Shown in pieces: positions 20,188 to 30,205 of a DNA stretch of 41,356 bases; the first letter of the stretch is position 1; the number at the start of each line of letters is the position of its first letter. Source of the stretch: Methanotrichaceae archaeon. GTDB lineage: Archaea > Halobacteriota > Methanosarcinia > Methanotrichales > Methanotrichaceae. Where the stretch lies: the NCBI GenBank assembly GCA_963813075.1, contig CAWEXU010000012.1, forward strand, positions 1-41,356, given 5' to 3'. The notes under the pieces were generated by a model. That model saw only the letters and a program-made list of their open reading frames with translations, was not told the DNA's origin and searched no databases. The position numbers and the translations under genes are program-made.

Positions 20188-20575
20188 ATGGAATCGGATG
20201 ATATTAATTCAGGGGAAAGATTCAGCGGAACCTATACAGATGCATTAGGTTTCATAAGAAAGAAAAGGAACAACATGGGCTTTTTTTTATGGATTGCAGT
20301 CGGTATTTCAGCTTTACTATTGAGATTATATGCCGAGCGATTATAATATTCTAGCATTTCTGTTCTGGCCCGTCTCTGCATATCTCTTGCTCATGGCCAT
20401 AAAGATGGCAAGCAGCCACGATATTGATACCTGGAGAGGAACTCCACACGTCAAGATATGGATATTCCTGGCCAACTTGATCAGCGGATTGCTCGGATTG
20501 CTCGTATACGAGCTATTAAAGCGGCGGGAGAAAAATTATCTCAAAAAGAGGCTGGCACCATATAGGACCACATAA
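20188..20575 (+). CDS. Small AT-rich membrane protein, probably one gene frameshifted near 20330
   Basis: MESDD...GFFLWIAVGISALLL overlaps a second frame (SDYNILAFLFWPVSAYLL...LISGLLGLLVYELLKRR); about three TM segments in total. Confidence 0.5.
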
Positions 20576-20682
20576 CTGAGGCGGTTAGAATAAGCTCTTG
20601 AGGTGAAATATTACAGAAACAGCAGTAAATCACATATTGATACACTTTCCTCGGGGCATATCCGTATCAATCTTTCTGGCTT

Positions 20683-21282
20683 TCAGAACAGGTCCTGGAA
20701 CCTCTTGATTTGGGCGGCGACGTCACTGCTGGCAACGACACAGGATATAGCGCACAGGCCGTCCGCTCCCGCCCGGATGACCGCAGGGGCATTGGAATGA
20801 TCAATCCCACCAATGGCTATCAGTGGTATGTCAACCTGCTGGCGAATCTCTTCGATTAGAGTTATGCCCGCCGGCTTTCCTGCATCGGTCTTTGTCGCCG
20901 TCTTGAATATCGGCGAGACCCCCAGATAATCGGCTCCCAGCCTCTCTGCCTCCAGAGCCTCTGACAGGTTATGGACGGTCACCCCTATCACCTTCTCCCG
21001 TCCCAGCAGCTTTCGAGCAGTGGTGCAGGGCATATCCGACTGGCCCAGGTGGACGCCATCGGCATCCACGGCAAGAGCGATGTCTATTCGGTCATTGATC
21101 AGGAAGGTCAGATCCCGGCAGATCTCCCTCAGACGCAGAGCTTCATCATACATCTCCCGGGTCTCGGCATTTTTATTTCTGTACTGGACAACCTCTATTC
21201 CGCAGGCTGCAGCCTTCATCACGTCGCTGGTATTTCCCGCCCGGCTCAATCCCGAGTCGGTAATGAAATAGTATCCTTTCAC
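20683..21282 (-). CDS. thiE: Thiamine-phosphate synthase
   Basis: VQYRNK, INDRIDIA, DGVHLGQSD, SPIFKTATK, AIGGI. Confidence 0.95.
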   Translation of the reverse strand: MKGYYFITDSGLSRAGNTSDVMKAAACGIEVVQYRNKNAETREMYDEALRLREICRDLTFLINDRIDIALAVDADGVHLGQSDMPCTTARKLLGREKVIGVTVHNLSEALEAERLGADYLGVSPIFKTATKTDAGKPAGITLIEEIRQQVDIPLIAIGGIDHSNAPAVIRAGADGLCAISCVVASSDVAAQIKRFQDLF

Positions 21283-21337
21283 CCTTAGTTCCTCTGCTTA
21301 TTGATTCAGCAATTATGCCTGTTTGCGCAATGCGATC

Positions 21338-22135
21338 TCACTGGAACTCGATCTTCTGCATTCTCCTTATGGTCCCGGAATCCAGGTTGTAGACGGCATC
21401 ATAAAGGTTCTCCTTGAAAGATCCCGGTCCGGCCGAGACCAGGGCGGCAACCTCGGCCGCAACCTCATAGCAGACCAGCCCGGAGACAGAAGCGGCAACC
21501 TGATCTGCTTCCACAGCCGCAAATGCACCAATCACCGATGCGGCCATGCACCCTGTGCCCACCACATTGGCCATCATGGGGTGACCGTTATGCACCCATA
21601 CCGCTCTCTTCCTATCGGCCACAATATCGTCCTTGCCGGTGATGACCACAGTGCACTCTCTTTTCTCTGCCAGAGATCCGGCCACCTCCATCAGGTTTGC
21701 TTCGATATCTGCAGCATCAACTCCTCTGGTTTTAACGTCCTCTCCGGCGATGCGGGCGACCTCAGATGAGTTGCCTTTGATGATGCTTACATCCACCGCA
21801 TCCAGGATCTCCAGGCATTTATCGTCCCGAAACTTCGTCGCTCCAGCGCCGCAGACGTCAAAGACCACAGGTATCCCTTTTTCATTGGCGCTCTTTCCGG
21901 CAATCAGCATGGCCTGGACGAATTCCGTGGTGAGGGTGCCGATATTCAGGACCAGAGCAGAAGCTATCTTCGCCATATCAGCCACTTCCTCTCTGGCATG
22001 GGCCATGACCGGTGAGGCTCCAAAGACCTTGACGATGTTGGCGCAATCGTAAATGGTAACCAGGTTCGTCAGGTGATGTACCAGGGGCTTATCCCTTCTC
22101 ACCCTCTCAAGAACCTCTGCTGCATCTAATATCAT
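21338..22135 (-). CDS. thiM: Hydroxyethylthiazole kinase
   Basis: PLVHHLTNLVT, GASPVMA, LNIGTL, IKGNSSE, VVGTGC. Start placed at MILDAAEV because the upstream extension is repeat-derived. Confidence 0.95.
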   Translation of the reverse strand: MILDAAEVLERVRRDKPLVHHLTNLVTIYDCANIVKVFGASPVMAHAREEVADMAKIASALVLNIGTLTTEFVQAMLIAGKSANEKGIPVVFDVCGAGATKFRDDKCLEILDAVDVSIIKGNSSEVARIAGEDVKTRGVDAADIEANLMEVAGSLAEKRECTVVITGKDDIVADRKRAVWVHNGHPMMANVVGTGCMAASVIGAFAAVEADQVAASVSGLVCYEVAAEVAALVSAGPGSFKENLYDAVYNLDSGTIRRMQKIEFQ

Positions 22136-22296
22136 TGGATCTCCGTTATTGCATCTATTTCTGTTGCATCTACTATTGTGCCTTATTGTTGCCTTATTGT
22201 GTGCCTTCCGATGCGAAGGGGGATGGGATGAGGATGAGGATGAGGCCCTCATCCAGCGCTCTTCCCCAAGGCACCAACAAGGGTCGGAAGCCGGCT

Positions 22297-23880
22297 TTAC
22301 AGCTCCACCATCTTGGCGCTCTTAACTCCAGGAACCTGCAAGAGCTTTTTCATGACCTCATCGGGGACCATCTGGTCGACGCTCAATACCATGAGCTGAG
22401 GCTGGCCTTCATCTATGCGGCCCACATGCATTGAGCCGATGTTGATATTGCCCTCGCCCAGGACCACGCAGCAGGGCCCAATGATATTCGGCTTGTCATC
22501 GATGACGGCTATCACCATGTCTCCTTCAGTTGGGATATAGGTCCGGTAGAGATCAAACTGCACAATGCGCTTCTCCTTGTTTCCGGAGACCGTGCCCTGA
22601 ACCATGCTAGTCGTGCCGTTCTTGGCAAGCTTCATGGTTATGACATTGCTATATCCATTGGCGGACTCGGTCTTGCTCTCCAAGAGCTTTACTCCCATCT
22701 CTTTGAGCGTTCTTGTGGCATTGACGAAGTTCACGCTGTCCTTGCCCATCAGGCAGCCCAAAAGACCCCTGATAGCGGATATGGTCACTGGCCTCGTATC
22801 CTTCTCGGCAATGGTGCCGCTGTAGACAATCTCCAGGCTATCAAAGCCGCTGCCCACTATCTGCCCGAGGAGAGATCCCATCCTCTCGGCCAGCATCATA
22901 TAGGGCTCCATGACCGCCAGCGTTTCAGGCGATATGGCAGGCATATTGATGGCATTGGTGGGCAGGCCGCCTTTGGCTATGGCCAGGATCTGGTCTGCCA
23001 CCGCTAAGGCGACATTGACCTGGGCCTCAGCAGTAGAAGCTCCCAAATGGGGAGTGGTTATGATCTTCTCCTGCTCGAGCAGGGGGTTCCCGGTGGGCGG
23101 CTCCTTGGTGAAGACATCGATTGCCGCTCCGGCAACCTTTCCCTCGGCCACCGCACGGGCCAAGGCGGCCTCATTGATGATCCCGCCGCGAGCACAGTTC
23201 ACAATCCTGACCCCGTCCTTCATGATCTTGAACTCGTCCTCATCGATCAGGTTGCGGGTCTCATTGGTCAGGGGAGTATGGACGGTGATGAAGTCGCCCT
23301 CTCGCAGAACGGTCTCCAGGGGAGCGAGGGTTAGCCCCATCTGCTGGGCCTTCTCTTCAGTCACAAATGGGTCATAGGCCAGGATCTGCATGCCAAATGA
23401 CTTCATACGGCTGGCAACCTCAGCCCCTACCCGGCCCAGACCGACGACGCCCAGGGTCTTGTTGAAGAACTCGACGCCTGTGTACTTTTTCCGGTTCCAC
23501 TCCCCCTGGTGCAGGGCGGAGTTGGCCTGGGGGATGTTCCTGGCCAGGGCCAGCATCATGGCGATGGTGTGCTCGGCTGCGGAGATGGTGTTTCCGCCCG
23601 GGGTATTGAGAACGATGATCCCCTTTTTGGTCGCTGCCTCGACATCCACATTGTCTATGCCCACACCCGCTCTGCCTATCACCTTGAGCCTTTTAGCGGC
23701 ATTGATGACGTCAGCGGTCACCTTGGTCCCGCTGCGGATTACCAGGGCATCGTAGTCTCCAATCCTCTGGATGAGCTCCTCTGGGGAGAGGTTGGTGATA
23801 ACATCGACATCTGCTCCCGACTGCAGTCTCTTCACTCCATCCTCTGCTAAAGAATCACTGACAAGAACCTTCATGATCAT
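22297..23880 (-). CDS. serA: D-3-phosphoglycerate dehydrogenase with ASB and ACT domains
   Basis: GRAGVGIDNVD, GVVGLGRVG, NCARGG, TPHLGAST, C-terminal ACT (DDKPNIIG, NINI). Confidence 0.96.
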   Translation of the reverse strand: MIMKVLVSDSLAEDGVKRLQSGADVDVITNLSPEELIQRIGDYDALVIRSGTKVTADVINAAKRLKVIGRAGVGIDNVDVEAATKKGIIVLNTPGGNTISAAEHTIAMMLALARNIPQANSALHQGEWNRKKYTGVEFFNKTLGVVGLGRVGAEVASRMKSFGMQILAYDPFVTEEKAQQMGLTLAPLETVLREGDFITVHTPLTNETRNLIDEDEFKIMKDGVRIVNCARGGIINEAALARAVAEGKVAGAAIDVFTKEPPTGNPLLEQEKIITTPHLGASTAEAQVNVALAVADQILAIAKGGLPTNAINMPAISPETLAVMEPYMMLAERMGSLLGQIVGSGFDSLEIVYSGTIAEKDTRPVTISAIRGLLGCLMGKDSVNFVNATRTLKEMGVKLLESKTESANGYSNVITMKLAKNGTTSMVQGTVSGNKEKRIVQFDLYRTYIPTEGDMVIAVIDDKPNIIGPCCVVLGEGNINIGSMHVGRIDEGQPQLMVLSVDQMVPDEVMKKLLQVPGVKSAKMVEL

Positions 23881-23986
23881 TCCTTCTTCTTCTTCTTCCT
23901 CGGGGGCTAAAGACGTACAAGCATTTTATCCTTTCGAGAGACACCTCTGAAGATATGGCTTTATGACTTAAATCAGCGTCAAAATT

Positions 23987-24676
23987 CTATTGAGTCGTCC
24001 TCTGCCTTATCATCTCTTGAGCCGCTTTATAGTAAGCATCCCTGGGCATCAGCTCTCTATTCACTGCCTTCTCGGTATCCTCTGAGATCCTGCCCTCTCG
24101 TGCAAGCTGGTGGCCGGCCTCTCTGGCCGCGCTGAAGATGCCTTCGACCAGTCTGGTCTCCCCGGCCTTGATCATCTCGTTCATGCCCTCTGCCATGGGG
24201 CGGAGAAGCGCGCCGGCGAACTCGAATCCCTCCTGGGGGTGGTCGTAGATGGCCCTCATCTGCACCAGAAGCGGATCGAACATGGAAATCTCCCAGGCGG
24301 AGCAGGTGGAGACTAAAACCGCCTTCTGCATCTTAGATCTGGGTTGGCCCAATATATTGGCTGGCAGCTGCCTGTCCATCAGGGTCTTGAGAGGGCCGGT
24401 GATCCCTGCATAGTAGACCGGGCTGGCCCAGACGATGACGTCTGCATCTTTGATCTTTGGAAGGATGGTCTGCATGTCATCGTCTTTGGCGCAGGTGCCG
24501 GGATTCACAAACCAGCAGCTCAGGTCTCCGCTGCAGGGACCGATGTTCAGCTTCCCAGTGTAGAGCAATTCGACCTTTGCGCCCGCTTCCTTCAAGCCCT
24601 CCAGGAATGGGTTCAGGATCTTTGCCGTATTTCCCTCATTCATGTGAGGGCTACCGTTTATGGCCAGGACATTCAT
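23987..24676 (-). CDS. Iron-sulfur flavoprotein / flavodoxin-family (NADPH-dependent FMN reductase-like) protein
   Basis: INGSPH..GNT, PCSGDLSCW..PGTCAKDDDM, ASPVYY, LKTLMDR. Confidence 0.88.
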   Translation of the reverse strand: MNVLAINGSPHMNEGNTAKILNPFLEGLKEAGAKVELLYTGKLNIGPCSGDLSCWFVNPGTCAKDDDMQTILPKIKDADVIVWASPVYYAGITGPLKTLMDRQLPANILGQPRSKMQKAVLVSTCSAWEISMFDPLLVQMRAIYDHPQEGFEFAGALLRPMAEGMNEMIKAGETRLVEGIFSAAREAGHQLAREGRISEDTEKAVNRELMPRDAYYKAAQEMIRQRTTQ

Positions 24677-24869
24677 GATATATCACAATGAGATTATGGG
24701 TGGTCGATCGCTTATGTACATATCTGTGCACGGTTGCTGCCTTTGCCTGGGCATTTGGTCAATGATGATGTAAAAGCGTTTGATGATTTTAAGACATCGC
24801 GCGCACTCACATTTGCCCCACAGCTTCAGTCGGAGGTCGCTGATTGCCGTGATTGACATTTGGCGATGC

Positions 24870-25256
24870 CTATTTCCAGAACTGCCACCAGTGCTTGGCC
24901 TTTGTATTTATTTGTCTAGCTTCAATACCATTTATTCTTCCACTATCTCTAAATTCTATAAGTTCTTTTGCTATTTCTGCGGATTTGTTTGACTGCCAGA
25001 TGCAATAAATCCCAAATAGAACCATTATTAAACCAACGCCACCTCCGGTCCATGGAAAGTCCGCGCCGATGAGAATTCCTAAAGAGACCCAAAATAAGTA
25101 GGCGAAAATGCAAATCATAAAATAATCTTTATTAGTTTTTGCTAAATATTCTGCAGCATCATATTGCACAGTCGAGATGATTGCATTCGGTATATTCGGG
25201 CATACCGCACTTACTCCTAACACTGCATGATGTCGGATACTTTTTGATTGATCCAT
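24870..25256 (-). CDS. AT-rich small membrane protein (start uncertain)
   Basis: Two TM segments and a C-terminal KAKHWWQFWK tail. Confidence 0.45.
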   Translation of the reverse strand: MDQSKSIRHHAVLGVSAVCPNIPNAIISTVQYDAAEYLAKTNKDYFMICIFAYLFWVSLGILIGADFPWTGGGVGLIMVLFGIYCIWQSNKSAEIAKELIEFRDSGRINGIEARQINTKAKHWWQFWK

Positions 25257-25667
25257 TTACCAGCTCAAGATATATGGCCATATCCACACTCTTTTTTAGC
25301 CACGATCTAACAGCATAGACTCTGCAAGGTGCAATTACATCCTTAATCCTCTAAATACCTTTGTGGATCATGTTCAGGCGCTATTCGTGGATGGTTTGTT
25401 AAAGGATCTCGTAATCGTCGAATTTGGTCGTGCAGCATTAGCAGAATGGCAATACCATTAATTGCATAAAAAACTGTGATGAGCTTAGTGATACAATCAG
25501 GCAAACTCTGTCAGGGAATTGAAAAAACATTTTCAGTGATCTTTGCGAAATCGTGAATAATTTGATTTTTGAAATTTTAATACATCTCCACCACATAGTA
25601 TTCAGATACCAGCAACTATAAATATCTATAACTATAAACAATTACAATAAATTGTTGAGATGATATT

Positions 25668-27233
25668 ATGAAAACTCTTGCATTATTGTTGGCACTTCTC
25701 CTAGCAGCGATCCTGATACCCCAAGCCGCCAGCATATCGATAAAAACCAGTGGTTGCGATGCAGGAAACTGCTTTTCCGATTCGATGAACATCGATGCAC
25801 CAATCGATGCGACAGTCAGTGGCAGGACGACTATCTCCGGAGCCAGTTCGGCTCAGGCGATCTCTGGCCGCGGATCTCTCCATAAAAGATACTTTGCAAC
25901 CAGCCCTCAGGGCGATAATGCATCAATATCAGTCGACGTCCTGATGGCCAGGTCCTATGAGTACAACCAGCCATTTAGAACTCCGGGTGAGGCCAAGTTG
26001 AGCGGCTTTTCTCTGGATGCCAGCAATGCCCTTGCCATCAGCTGCGATGCCGATGCGGTGAACAGGGATGGTGCCAGGGCGAGCGTTCAGACGGATGTAA
26101 TCATGGGCTCTTTAGATGGATACACCAGCTCCGCCCAGGCAGATGAGAGCGGTGCGAGAGCAGAGCAGTTGGCAGGACCGACATCTGGCGCTCTGGTAAG
26201 CTTCAGCTCATCCTCCTCCAACGGCGCAGATCTGCATTCAAATGCCAACACTCTTGCCGCTGGCGGGTCCTTCGGAGGCTTTTCCAGTGAGGCTAACTCC
26301 AATCCCCAGGAGGCCCAATCCCGCCAGGCCTTCTCCTCGGCAAACGGACAGATGATATCTGCCTTTTCATCGGCACTGACAGCAGAGAACCTGATTTCCG
26401 GCCAGACCACGGTCTCGCAGGGATCAATAGCCAGCTACAGCAGCTCTGCCAGCTCCAATACTTCAGGAGAAGCTGAGGTCGTCCAGGGCATGCTTGGCGC
26501 AAATGGGGAATCGATCCACGTCGCCGACACCTCAATCGGCCAGTCCGTAGCCAGGGTATCCACGGATGTGAAAGAGGGCAATGTACTATTCCTTGAAAGC
26601 CGCTCTTACGTCAGAACCATGCCGATGGGCGCGGAAGGCGAATACATCAGGATCCCTGATGCCTGGCACTATGCTACCGCTGCCGGCGAAGATATCTTGA
26701 TCAGATCCACAGCAGCGAGTCTATTTTGCAATGCAGACTCCTCGACCAGTATCGATAATGGTACCATCTATGAATACCTGAATGAGGCAGCATCCCATCC
26801 ATATGCAGGGATAGCGGCGCAGATTGCTGCCGCGGCGGATGGAGAGAATATACACCTCGAAGCGTCATCTGCAGATTATACGACGGCGTCATCTGCCCAT
26901 GCACAGTCAAATATCCAGGAGGGCAGTCTGGAGAGCTTTTATAGCGGCACTGGAGCGAACATCGTTCTCAGCGAGACTGGCGGTATCCAACTGTCTCCAG
27001 GATCTTTGATCGCTGTGCAGAGGGCTTCAGACTTTACAGGGAATGTCAGCCTATCCGCCCGGGCGGACATAATGGACCTGAACATGACTTCGGAGCTATC
27101 TGTTCCTCCGGGGTTCAGGAGCTTTCTCCAGCTGGCCGGAACGCAGGACGGTTATCCTCCTCTGGCATTTCAGATGATCTCTCCACTTCCCGATGGCGTT
27201 CCTGACCCCTTTGCCGGCTTTTGGCTCCCCTGA
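25668..27233 (+). CDS. Secreted Ser/Ala-rich protein with internal degenerate beta repeats
   Basis: Signal peptide MKTLALLLALLLAAILIPQAAS; recurring GSLxxYxSxA / NGExI-like units. Confidence 0.7.
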   Translation: MKTLALLLALLLAAILIPQAASISIKTSGCDAGNCFSDSMNIDAPIDATVSGRTTISGASSAQAISGRGSLHKRYFATSPQGDNASISVDVLMARSYEYNQPFRTPGEAKLSGFSLDASNALAISCDADAVNRDGARASVQTDVIMGSLDGYTSSAQADESGARAEQLAGPTSGALVSFSSSSSNGADLHSNANTLAAGGSFGGFSSEANSNPQEAQSRQAFSSANGQMISAFSSALTAENLISGQTTVSQGSIASYSSSASSNTSGEAEVVQGMLGANGESIHVADTSIGQSVARVSTDVKEGNVLFLESRSYVRTMPMGAEGEYIRIPDAWHYATAAGEDILIRSTAASLFCNADSSTSIDNGTIYEYLNEAASHPYAGIAAQIAAAADGENIHLEASSADYTTASSAHAQSNIQEGSLESFYSGTGANIVLSETGGIQLSPGSLIAVQRASDFTGNVSLSARADIMDLNMTSELSVPPGFRSFLQLAGTQDGYPPLAFQMISPLPDGVPDPFAGFWLP

Positions 27234-27306
27234 GGAGCCCTCCTTTTTTCTGCCCGTCGATTCTCTGCCTTGCCACCCTTCTATCTAGCCACTCCTCTTC
27301 TATCTT

Positions 27307-27849
27307 CTATCGAGCCACCAGTTCTATCAGATCCTGATCGATGGGAGTTCTCTCGTCCACTGCGGAAAGGAGCTCATCGTGAATGGAACTCTCCGAGTAA
27401 AACAGGGTTACCAGTACGCCTGCATCCTTCGCCGCCTCGATGGCGGGGAGAAAATCGCTGTCACCAGTGACGATAACCGCTTTTCCGATCATCCGGCCGC
27501 AGCTCAGCCGGACGAGGTCCGCGGCCAGGGCGATGTCCACCCTCTTTTGCACGAACTCTCCTCCCACCCGGCCCAGACGGCCCAGCTTAACCTCGAATCT
27601 GGGGAGCTTTCGCAGAGTGTAGACGAACTTGTCCATGGAGGCGAACCTGCGGCTCTCCTCGTCGGTGGACGGACAGCTCTGGTAAGGCATACAATTATAA
27701 TAATAGGTCCGAAGACGCTCATAGTTGCCGCAAAGAATATCAGAAAAACGAGCAAGGTCGATCTTCGGTTTTCCGAAATCGACATCTAATATCTTGGTTA
27801 GATAAGCACCATCGATAAAAACTGCTGCACGATCAGCCAAACTATTCAC
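27307..27849 (-). CDS. NYN-domain (LabA/DUF88, PIN-like) ribonuclease
   Basis: AVFIDGAYL, QKRVDIALAAD, VTGDSDFLP, AKDAGV. Confidence 0.92.
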   Translation of the reverse strand: MNSLADRAAVFIDGAYLTKILDVDFGKPKIDLARFSDILCGNYERLRTYYYNCMPYQSCPSTDEESRRFASMDKFVYTLRKLPRFEVKLGRLGRVGGEFVQKRVDIALAADLVRLSCGRMIGKAVIVTGDSDFLPAIEAAKDAGVLVTLFYSESSIHDELLSAVDERTPIDQDLIELVAR

Positions 27850-27943
27850 CTAAGTCCATAATTACTGCCATCCTCAAGGAACGGCAGTGATCATTATCTT
27901 TACTTACTTTCTCATCCCAATCTATATCTAATTTGCGTCCCAG

Positions 27944-27974
27944 GATAGCCTTTTCTATATAGAGAGAGGCTATC
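27944..27974. terminator. Inverted repeat between slyD and the NYN gene (terminator or operator)
   Basis: GATAGCCT-tttctatatagagag-AGGCTATC: perfect 8-bp arms, extendable with G-U pairs. Confidence 0.45.
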
Positions 27975-28020
27975 TTTGTATCTCAATATCACTGTAGTTC
28001 AGTTCCTATTGTCCTGACGG

Positions 28021-28458
28021 CTACTTGCTTTTCGTTATCTCCAGCAGCTTAATATCGAAATACAGCGTCTGCTCGACCAGGGGATGATTTGCATCCAGAG
28101 TGACTGTGGTCTCTGTCACATCTGTGACCTGCGCAGGGACAGAGGTGTCCTCAGAGACGCAGATCTCAAGGCTCATTCCTTCCACTGGGGCCAGATCTGA
28201 AGGGAAATCCTTTTTATCCAGGGTTATCGCCCGGTCATCCCGGTAGTGGCCATAGCCCTTTTCCGGAGGGATCTGGACCGTCTTGGATTCGCCCGGACTC
28301 ATCCCCACTACCGCCTCTTCAAAGCCGGGTATGAATGAACCTGATCCGACCTCAAACTCCAGTGGATCGCATCCTTCTGATGTATCAAATATGACGCCTG
28401 TGTCAAGCTTCCCGGTGTAGTGCACCTTTACGGTGTCGCCAATTTTCGCCTGTGCCAT
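28021..28458 (-). CDS. FKBP-type peptidyl-prolyl isomerase (SlyD-like)
   Basis: GDTVKVHYTGKL, IPGFEEAVVGM, LDANHPL. Confidence 0.93.
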   Translation of the reverse strand: MAQAKIGDTVKVHYTGKLDTGVIFDTSEGCDPLEFEVGSGSFIPGFEEAVVGMSPGESKTVQIPPEKGYGHYRDDRAITLDKKDFPSDLAPVEGMSLEICVSEDTSVPAQVTDVTETTVTLDANHPLVEQTLYFDIKLLEITKSK

Positions 28459-28643
28459 ATAATCCACCTCTTTATCCTTGACCCCTTTTCTTATTACCTA
28501 CATATAGCTTCACCTATCCCATAGCCGCCCAGACGAAAGATAAAATCCATCGAATACATGATCCATCAGGAAGGTCCATATCTGAGTAGCGACAAATAAA
28601 TGGCGGATACAATTAAGCGGCATATCAAGGGTGAAATTAAGAT

Positions 28644-29525
28644 ATGATTAGATGGAAAGCGGACAGGGGGCTTGAAGCCAGAATGCTGCTGACCATGGCC
28701 CTTCTGGCAGTCCTGTACCTGGCGTTTCTGGCAGTTCTCTTATCCCAGGGCGTTGACAATATTGTGATTATTCTATTCATAGGCGGGTTCATGCTTTTTC
28801 AATACTACTATTCCGATAAGATGATCCTGTCGAACATGGGCGCTAAAATGGTCTCTGAGAGCGAAGCTCCTGAGCTTCATCAAATCGTCTCCAGGCTCTG
28901 CGCCATTGCCGACCTGCCTATGCCAAGGATTGCCGTAGTGAACAGCTCAATGCCAAATGCTTTTGCCACCGGCAGGAATCAGAAGAATGCGGTGGTGGCG
29001 GTGACCACGGGCATTATGCAAAAGCTGGATGCAAGCGAGCTGGAGGCGGTGCTGGCCCATGAGCTGACTCATATTAAGAACCGGGATATGATGGTCATGA
29101 CCATAGCCACATTTCTCTCCTCCGTCGCCCAGGTTCTGGTCAGAAATTTCCATTTCATGGGCGGAGGCGGTGGCCGCGGTCGCGATTCGGGAGGCAGCTT
29201 CATCGTGATCTTCGCCGTCTCCCTGATAGTATGGATTTTGAGCTTCATACTCTTGCAAGCCCTATCCAGGTACCGGGAGTTTTCTGCCGACCGCGGAGCG
29301 GCGATAATCACCGGTCAGCCCTCAAACCTGATGAGTGCATTGATGAAGATAAGCGGCTTTCAGGTGCCAACAGAGGATCTGAGAAAGGTGGAGGGGCCAG
29401 TCAGAGCTCTGTTCATAGTGCCTGCCCTCACCCGCTCTTCCATTATGAACCTCTTCTCCACCCATCCATCTCTGGAGGCGAGGATCGAAGCCCTGCAGAG
29501 GATCGAGCAGGGCCTGGAGATCTGA
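28644..29525 (+). CDS. htpX: Zinc metalloprotease HtpX (M48)
   Basis: PNAFATGR, AVLAHELTHIKNRD, SRYREFSADRG, FSTHP. Confidence 0.95.
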   Translation: MIRWKADRGLEARMLLTMALLAVLYLAFLAVLLSQGVDNIVIILFIGGFMLFQYYYSDKMILSNMGAKMVSESEAPELHQIVSRLCAIADLPMPRIAVVNSSMPNAFATGRNQKNAVVAVTTGIMQKLDASELEAVLAHELTHIKNRDMMVMTIATFLSSVAQVLVRNFHFMGGGGGRGRDSGGSFIVIFAVSLIVWILSFILLQALSRYREFSADRGAAIITGQPSNLMSALMKISGFQVPTEDLRKVEGPVRALFIVPALTRSSIMNLFSTHPSLEARIEALQRIEQGLEI

Positions 29526-29527
29526 AG

Positions 29528-30091
29528 ATGGGATTATTGGACTCCATCCTGGGAAAGACCCGCCTGCCCGAGGCCAAGACCGACCGGCTGTTCGCCATCT
29601 CCACCGCAGCGGTGACAATGGAGGCGAACCTCGATCTTAAGCCGGATGGACAGGCCGGGTTATGCATCAAGCCCATGGAGTCCTCTTACTATGAGTCTGC
29701 GAAAAAGGAGATCGATGACCTCCTCAAGCTGAGCTTTAAGGAGACGGGCACAGTACACAGCATCCAGAAGGATGAGTACGGCTACATCTGGGTAGTGCTG
29801 ACCGACCCGGATTTTGAGGATCTGGTGGCTAATATCCAGATGATCAGCCAGATATTGATGGAGCAGGGATTCGGAACACAGCTCCTGGCGGCAGTCTACC
29901 GCTTCCGGGGAGCTACTGTTGCTTACTGGATATACAACTTCAAGCTGGGATCTTACTATCCCTTTGTGCCGAAATCCAGTAAGCAGCGCGACTCAGCAAT
30001 GGAGTTCCGGCTGAGGTCCCTGATGCAAAGGGAGATACCGATAGAGAAGGATATGGCCAGGTGGTATCCCATGTGGGGAATGCCACTTTAA
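29528..30091 (+). CDS. PspA-associated protein PspAB-like
   Basis: MGLLDSILGKT...DRLFAISTA, DEYGYIW, GFGTQLLAAV, YNFKLGSYYPFVP, WYPMWG; this family is typically found next to htpX. Confidence 0.7.
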   Translation: MGLLDSILGKTRLPEAKTDRLFAISTAAVTMEANLDLKPDGQAGLCIKPMESSYYESAKKEIDDLLKLSFKETGTVHSIQKDEYGYIWVVLTDPDFEDLVANIQMISQILMEQGFGTQLLAAVYRFRGATVAYWIYNFKLGSYYPFVPKSSKQRDSAMEFRLRSLMQREIPIEKDMARWYPMWGMPL

Positions 30092-30155
30092 GCCGCCATT
30101 CTCATCGCTCCTCCAGGATTGGAGCCTTTGCATCGATTCAGACCTTTTCAACCTT

Positions 30156-30205
30156 GCAGTCTTACAGCCTTATAGTCTTAGCTCAGCCTTACAGCCTTAC
30201 AGTCT
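30156..30205. repeat. Degenerate 8-bp tandem repeat (CAGYCTTA) at the convergent pspAB/DOMON gene ends
   Basis: cagtctta cagcctta tagtctta gct cagcctta cagcctta cagtct. Confidence 0.75.

Noticed and set aside
22136..22252. N-terminal extension of ThiM, or a TPP riboswitch
   Set aside because: The extension is translated low-complexity repeat, and TPP aptamer motifs are absent.
29231..29527. N-terminal extensions of ORFs 29231..30091 and 31654..32412
   Set aside because: They overlap htpX and the hsp20 promoter/start respectively; family similarity begins at the internal ATGs (29528 and 32244).
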